DNA of 10,149 bases, taken from positions 1-10,149 of the forward strand of contig JAISKW010000110.1 of assembly GCA_031260775.1 (NCBI GenBank), given 5' to 3'. The notes beneath the pieces were generated by a model that worked only from the letters and a program-made list of their open reading frames with translations, ran no database searches and had not been told where the DNA came from. This DNA is from Christensenellaceae bacterium (GTDB lineage: Bacteria; Bacillota; Clostridia; Christensenellales; DTU072). The translations under genes and the position numbers were made by a program. The first letter of the stretch is position 1. Each line of letters begins with the position of its first letter. Shown one piece after another: positions 7,512-10,149 of this stretch.

Positions 7512-7559
7512 TGTTAGCTTTGACTAACAATATGTTAGCATAGGCTAACACGCTGTCAA
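7512..7559 (-). promoter_or_regulatory. feoA promoter (TTGACA -35 at 7554-7559; TAACAT -10 at 7532-7537, read on the minus strand) overlapped by two TGTTAG-N6-CTAACA palindromic operators
   Basis: O1 is TGTTAGCATAGGCTAACA (7533-7550), spanning the spacer and -10. O2 is TGTTAGCTTTGACTAACA (7512-7529), covering +1 to the 5'UTR. Centres are 21 bp apart. The -35 is an exact consensus hexamer with a 16-bp spacer. Confidence 0.6.
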
Positions 7560-7606
7560 ATAGGCAGATTTTGAGAATGAAACGATAGAGTTACAACAAT
7601 CCAAAT

Positions 7607-7637
7607 GTAACCAAAAAACTAATTATTCGTTTATAAT
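7607..7637 (+). promoter_or_regulatory. candidate promoter(s) of the ECF sigma gene: ECF-like GTAACC-N16-CGTT, plus a TATAAT at 7632-7637
   Basis: AAC at 7609-7611 and CGT at 7628-7630 are spaced 16 nt apart (an ECF -35/-10 like pattern, hence possibly autoregulated). A perfect sigma-A-type TATAAT lies 11 nt before ATG 7649. Confidence 0.3.
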
Positions 7638-7648
7638 AGTGACAGCTA

Positions 7649-8140
7649 ATGAAGGAAAATATGGACAACGAGCTGGACGCACTGTTCAGAGAGCACTACA
7701 ATCCCTTAAAATTGTATATATGGTCGTTGTGTAAAAACATTCATCTTGCCGAAGATGTGGCGTGCGATGCGTTTTATAAAGCCTTGAAACTTCCGTCTTT
7801 CACCGACGGTAACTTCAAGTATTGGTTGTACAAAACCGCACGGAACCGCCTAATCGACCTCATAAGACGGAAAAAGTTCGAGGGGGAAATGCCCGAGCAT
7901 TCCGAGCCGGTTTCGCCCGAAAATTCGCCCGAAAACGAGCTGATTAAGAACGAAAGATACCGCGCACTCTACCACGCACTCGACTTATTAAACGAGGCGC
8001 AACGCGAGGTACTAATGCTTATGTACTTTCAGGATATGAGTATTATTGAAATCTCCGCCCTGACGGGTAAAACCGAAGCCAACGTCAAAGTATTGCTGCA
8101 CAGAGGCAGAGAGGAATTGAAAAAACTTTTGAATACATAA
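7649..8140 (+). CDS. RNA polymerase sigma factor, sigma-70 family, ECF subfamily
   Basis: Region 2 (LYIWSLCKNIHLAEDVACDAFYKAL, WLYKTARNRLIDLIRRKK) and region 4 (LNEAQREVLMLMYFQDMSIIEISALTGKTEANVKVLLHRGREELKKLL) are present. The start may instead be ATG 7661, which has GAAGGA 4 nt upstream. Confidence 0.85.
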   Translation: MKENMDNELDALFREHYNPLKLYIWSLCKNIHLAEDVACDAFYKALKLPSFTDGNFKYWLYKTARNRLIDLIRRKKFEGEMPEHSEPVSPENSPENELIKNERYRALYHALDLLNEAQREVLMLMYFQDMSIIEISALTGKTEANVKVLLHRGREELKKLLNT

Positions 8141-8160
8141 AATAATAAGGAACCATAAAT

Positions 8161-8706
8161 ATGGACGATTTTAAGACATTATACGAAAAATACATCAAGG
8201 GCACGGCGAGTGAAGAGGAAATCCGCTATGTTGAGGACACTCTTTCTAAGAGCGATTCGGTGTTTGCCGAAAACAGCTCCGAGGACAAATTACACGCGCT
8301 TGACGAGGAAAAACTCACTCATGCCGACACGGCAACCATTGAAAACATCAAAAAACGTATCAAGAAAAAAACCTTAACCGCGACTCTTTTAACCTCCTTG
8401 GCGATTTTAGGCGTGGCAACCGCAATAGTACTCGGCAGCGTCTTCGGCGCGGCGGGGTATCATGCAAAGAAAAATTCCTTGATTGACGAGGACGAAGCCG
8501 AGTCTATCGCACGCGCTTTCGCCGAGGAAGAATGCGGTGTTGACGATTCGTACGAAACCGATTACGTCCACCAACGCTTAGTCTTTAGAGGCGCGCTCAA
8601 AAACACCTATTACGAGCATGTTGTCGAGTTTGAATACAACAACCGCGAGGTTGTGATTATCATCGACGGAATCAGCGGCGAAGCCACTCTGCACAAGGCG
8701 GAATAA
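8161..8706 (+). CDS. putative anti-sigma factor: cytoplasmic N-terminal domain, one TM helix, extracytoplasmic PepSY-like domain
   Basis: The 20-nt gap after the sigma gene implies an operon. N-terminus MDDFKTLYEKYIKGTASEEEIRYVEDTLSKSD has the helical anti-sigma N-domain pattern but no His/Cys zinc ligands. TM helix LLTSLAILGVATAIVLGSVFGAAG. C-terminus IDEDEAESIARAFAEEECGV...YYEHVVEFEYNNREVVIIIDGISGEATL fits the PepSY fold pattern. Confidence 0.65.
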   Translation: MDDFKTLYEKYIKGTASEEEIRYVEDTLSKSDSVFAENSSEDKLHALDEEKLTHADTATIENIKKRIKKKTLTATLLTSLAILGVATAIVLGSVFGAAGYHAKKNSLIDEDEAESIARAFAEEECGVDDSYETDYVHQRLVFRGALKNTYYEHVVEFEYNNREVVIIIDGISGEATLHKAE

Positions 8707-8764
8707 GCAATTTGCGGTTATCCGCGCGGTGCCGTCAAGCCGGCAAAAACATTAATTATTAGAA

Positions 8765-10108
8765 ATGGCAAAAATATATAAAAAAGCCGAAATGTGGGAC
8801 AAGATGCAAGACATCATGGAAAAATGGAACGACCACATGACCCACGGCTACTTCGAATTAGACAGAAATATTAACTCCGACAACCTCAAAATGGCTTGCG
8901 AATATGTGGCGGATTGCGTCCCGATATTAAAAGCAAAATGGTATTCGGGCGTTTTTCATGCCCGGTGGATTGAAACCGATACTAAGGCGAATGAGTTGCC
9001 GATTTTCGAGTTTAGGGAGACCAAAAACAAATTATCCGCAGAGGGCAACCTCCTTTTAACCCGCATTGTAAACAAGAAAAACGGCCCGCAATTCAGGGTA
9101 ACTCTCCTAAGAAACGGCTCGAAAGATGCGGTTTTGTTCGTAACGAACCACCAAATTATGGACGGCGCGGACTTAAAGCTTTTTTATAAGTCCATTGCAG
9201 ACGTATACTCCGCGCTCGAAAAGGGGCTTCCTGCCGAGACCGTTCAAATCAAAAACGGAGAGCGCGGCATCGAACAGCTGTATAAAAACTTCACCGACGC
9301 CGAAAAGGCGAAGCTAAAAAAGATGATTTCCTACTCCAAGGCGCAAAAGAAGAAGATTGAGGTGCGCTTTGCAAAGAGTAAATTCACCGACCGTTTGCCG
9401 AAGCTTAACAAGGCGATTTTGCCGGCAGAGACGTTTCTTAAACTTAAATCGAACTGCAAAATTTTGGGCGTAACGCTTAACGACATTATTTTGGCGCAGT
9501 ACCTGAGGACGGTTTACGAGTTCGGCGACCTGCCCGATGATGCGCGTTTGGGCGTGCCGAATATGATAAATATGCGCAAGTACCTCAACGGCGAGGAGAG
9601 CGGTGGTTTCTCTAACCTTACCTCTATGGTCGTGCCCGCGCTCGCAAAGCTCGGCGCGGAGCTGCCCGAAACTGCCGTGCGCTGCCGCTTTGCTATGGAC
9701 AGGCTCAAAAAGGACTATCCCGGCTTTCACGGTTGGTCGCTTTTACAAGACGTTTACCATTACGCGCCGCACTCGCTTGCGAAATTCCTCATAGGAACCT
9801 TCTTCAAAAACCCGCTTGTCGGAATTTCAAACATCGGCATCATCGGCGACAAGGAAGTTGAGTTCGGCAATGCCGAAATAATCGACGCGTATATGACCGG
9901 TTCGATTAAACACCCTCCGTACATTCAGCTTGCATTAACGACCTTCAAAAACAAAATCACCTTTACCATGGCGGAGTTCGGCACGATGCAAGACTACATT
10001 CTTATCGATTGGATTTTGGATAGCATTGTCGACGGCTTAACCGCCTTCGCTAACGCTCACATCACCGAAGAACTCGCCAAAGCTGCCTACGAAAACGCTA
10101 TCCGTTAA
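8765..10108 (+). CDS. HxxxD-motif acyltransferase, WS/DGAT- or condensation-domain-like (CoA-dependent acyltransferase superfamily)
   Basis: 447 aa. HQIMDG at residues 129-134 within FRVTLLRNGSKDAVLFVTNHQIMDGADLKLF parallels the WS/DGAT HHxxxDG context. The C-terminal segment VGISNIGIIGD...AEIIDAYMTGSIKHPPYIQLALTTFKNKITFTM parallels the WS/DGAT ISNVPGP...QALNITxxSYNG region. No SD precedes ATG 8765; later in-frame Mets at residues 10, 14 and 18 are alternatives. Confidence 0.6.
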   Translation: MAKIYKKAEMWDKMQDIMEKWNDHMTHGYFELDRNINSDNLKMACEYVADCVPILKAKWYSGVFHARWIETDTKANELPIFEFRETKNKLSAEGNLLLTRIVNKKNGPQFRVTLLRNGSKDAVLFVTNHQIMDGADLKLFYKSIADVYSALEKGLPAETVQIKNGERGIEQLYKNFTDAEKAKLKKMISYSKAQKKKIEVRFAKSKFTDRLPKLNKAILPAETFLKLKSNCKILGVTLNDIILAQYLRTVYEFGDLPDDARLGVPNMINMRKYLNGEESGGFSNLTSMVVPALAKLGAELPETAVRCRFAMDRLKKDYPGFHGWSLLQDVYHYAPHSLAKFLIGTFFKNPLVGISNIGIIGDKEVEFGNAEIIDAYMTGSIKHPPYIQLALTTFKNKITFTMAEFGTMQDYILIDWILDSIVDGLTAFANAHITEELAKAAYENAIR

Positions 10109-10149
10109 TTTGTGTGGATTCTTTTGGGAGGGGGAGGAATCTGCATTTC

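Noticed and set aside
7512-7559. Fur box on the feoAB promoter
   Set aside because: A Fur box was expected because feoAB is commonly Fur-regulated, but no match to the GATAATGATAATCATTATC-type 7-1-7 or 19-bp consensus is visible. The palindromes present have a different half-site (TGTTAG). They are reported as an unassigned operator instead.
9314-9794. ORFs 9314-9730 (-), 9514-9708 (-), 9603-9794 (+) inside the acyltransferase gene
   Set aside because: They are shadow ORFs in a GC-richer stretch, with no RBS; the host ORF shows coherent family motifs along its whole length.
10126-10149. G-rich SD-like run GGGAGGGGGAGGA after the acyltransferase stop, as the RBS of a further operon gene
   Set aside because: No ATG, GTG or TTG follows within the remaining 11 nt of the window, so any start would be 12 nt or more from the SD. 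It cannot be evaluated without downstream sequence.
1-10149. Mobile element, phage or defence island signatures (integrase, transposase, toxin-antitoxin, restriction-modification, tRNA attachment site)
   Set aside because: None of the well-supported proteins resembles these. Gene content is housekeeping or accessory metabolism; the only mobile-like candidate is the small repeat-flanked spacer at 4783-4990, listed as a finding.

Overview
This looks like ordinary chromosome from a Firmicutes/Clostridia-type anaerobe. The basis is AGGAGG-type ribosome-binding sites, rho-independent terminators and the gene content; this taxon call is inference only. No transposase, integrase, CRISPR array, tRNA or rRNA is visible.

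Gene order:
- 1-1419 (+): 3' part of a GH2 beta-mannosidase gene whose 5' end lies upstream of the window, followed by a terminator.
- 1562-2938 (+): a monocistronic FloT/YqiK-like flotillin (SPFH domain) with a -10 box that implies a leaderless or near-leaderless start.
- 2939-3213: a convergent intergenic region holding a 2 x ~54 bp tandem direct repeat, two micro-ORFs and a bidirectional hairpin terminator.
- 3214-7507 (-): one long co-directional block, feoA, feoB, a FeoB-associated Cys-rich membrane peptide, a 9-bp hairpin plus U-tract, then a glycerophosphodiester phosphodiesterase and rlmH.
- 7508-7648: divergent promoter region. It carries two copies of the palindrome TGTTAG-N6-CTAACA, 21 bp apart, overlapping the feoA -35/-10 and +1 region, i.e. 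candidate metalloregulator operators. On the other strand it carries an ECF-type promoter.
- 7649-10108 (+): an ECF sigma factor, a single-pass anti-sigma with a periplasmic PepSY-like domain, and a 447-aa HxxxDG acyltransferase of the WS/DGAT or condensation-domain type.

The most interesting candidates are the sigma / anti-sigma / acyltransferase trio, which may be an envelope-signal-controlled acylation module, and the paired operators on feoAB. Secondary curiosities are a structured 200-bp spacer inside the feo operon, flanked by inverted and direct repeats, and the tandem repeat at 3020-3125. All family assignments rest on motif recognition by eye; no database search was possible.
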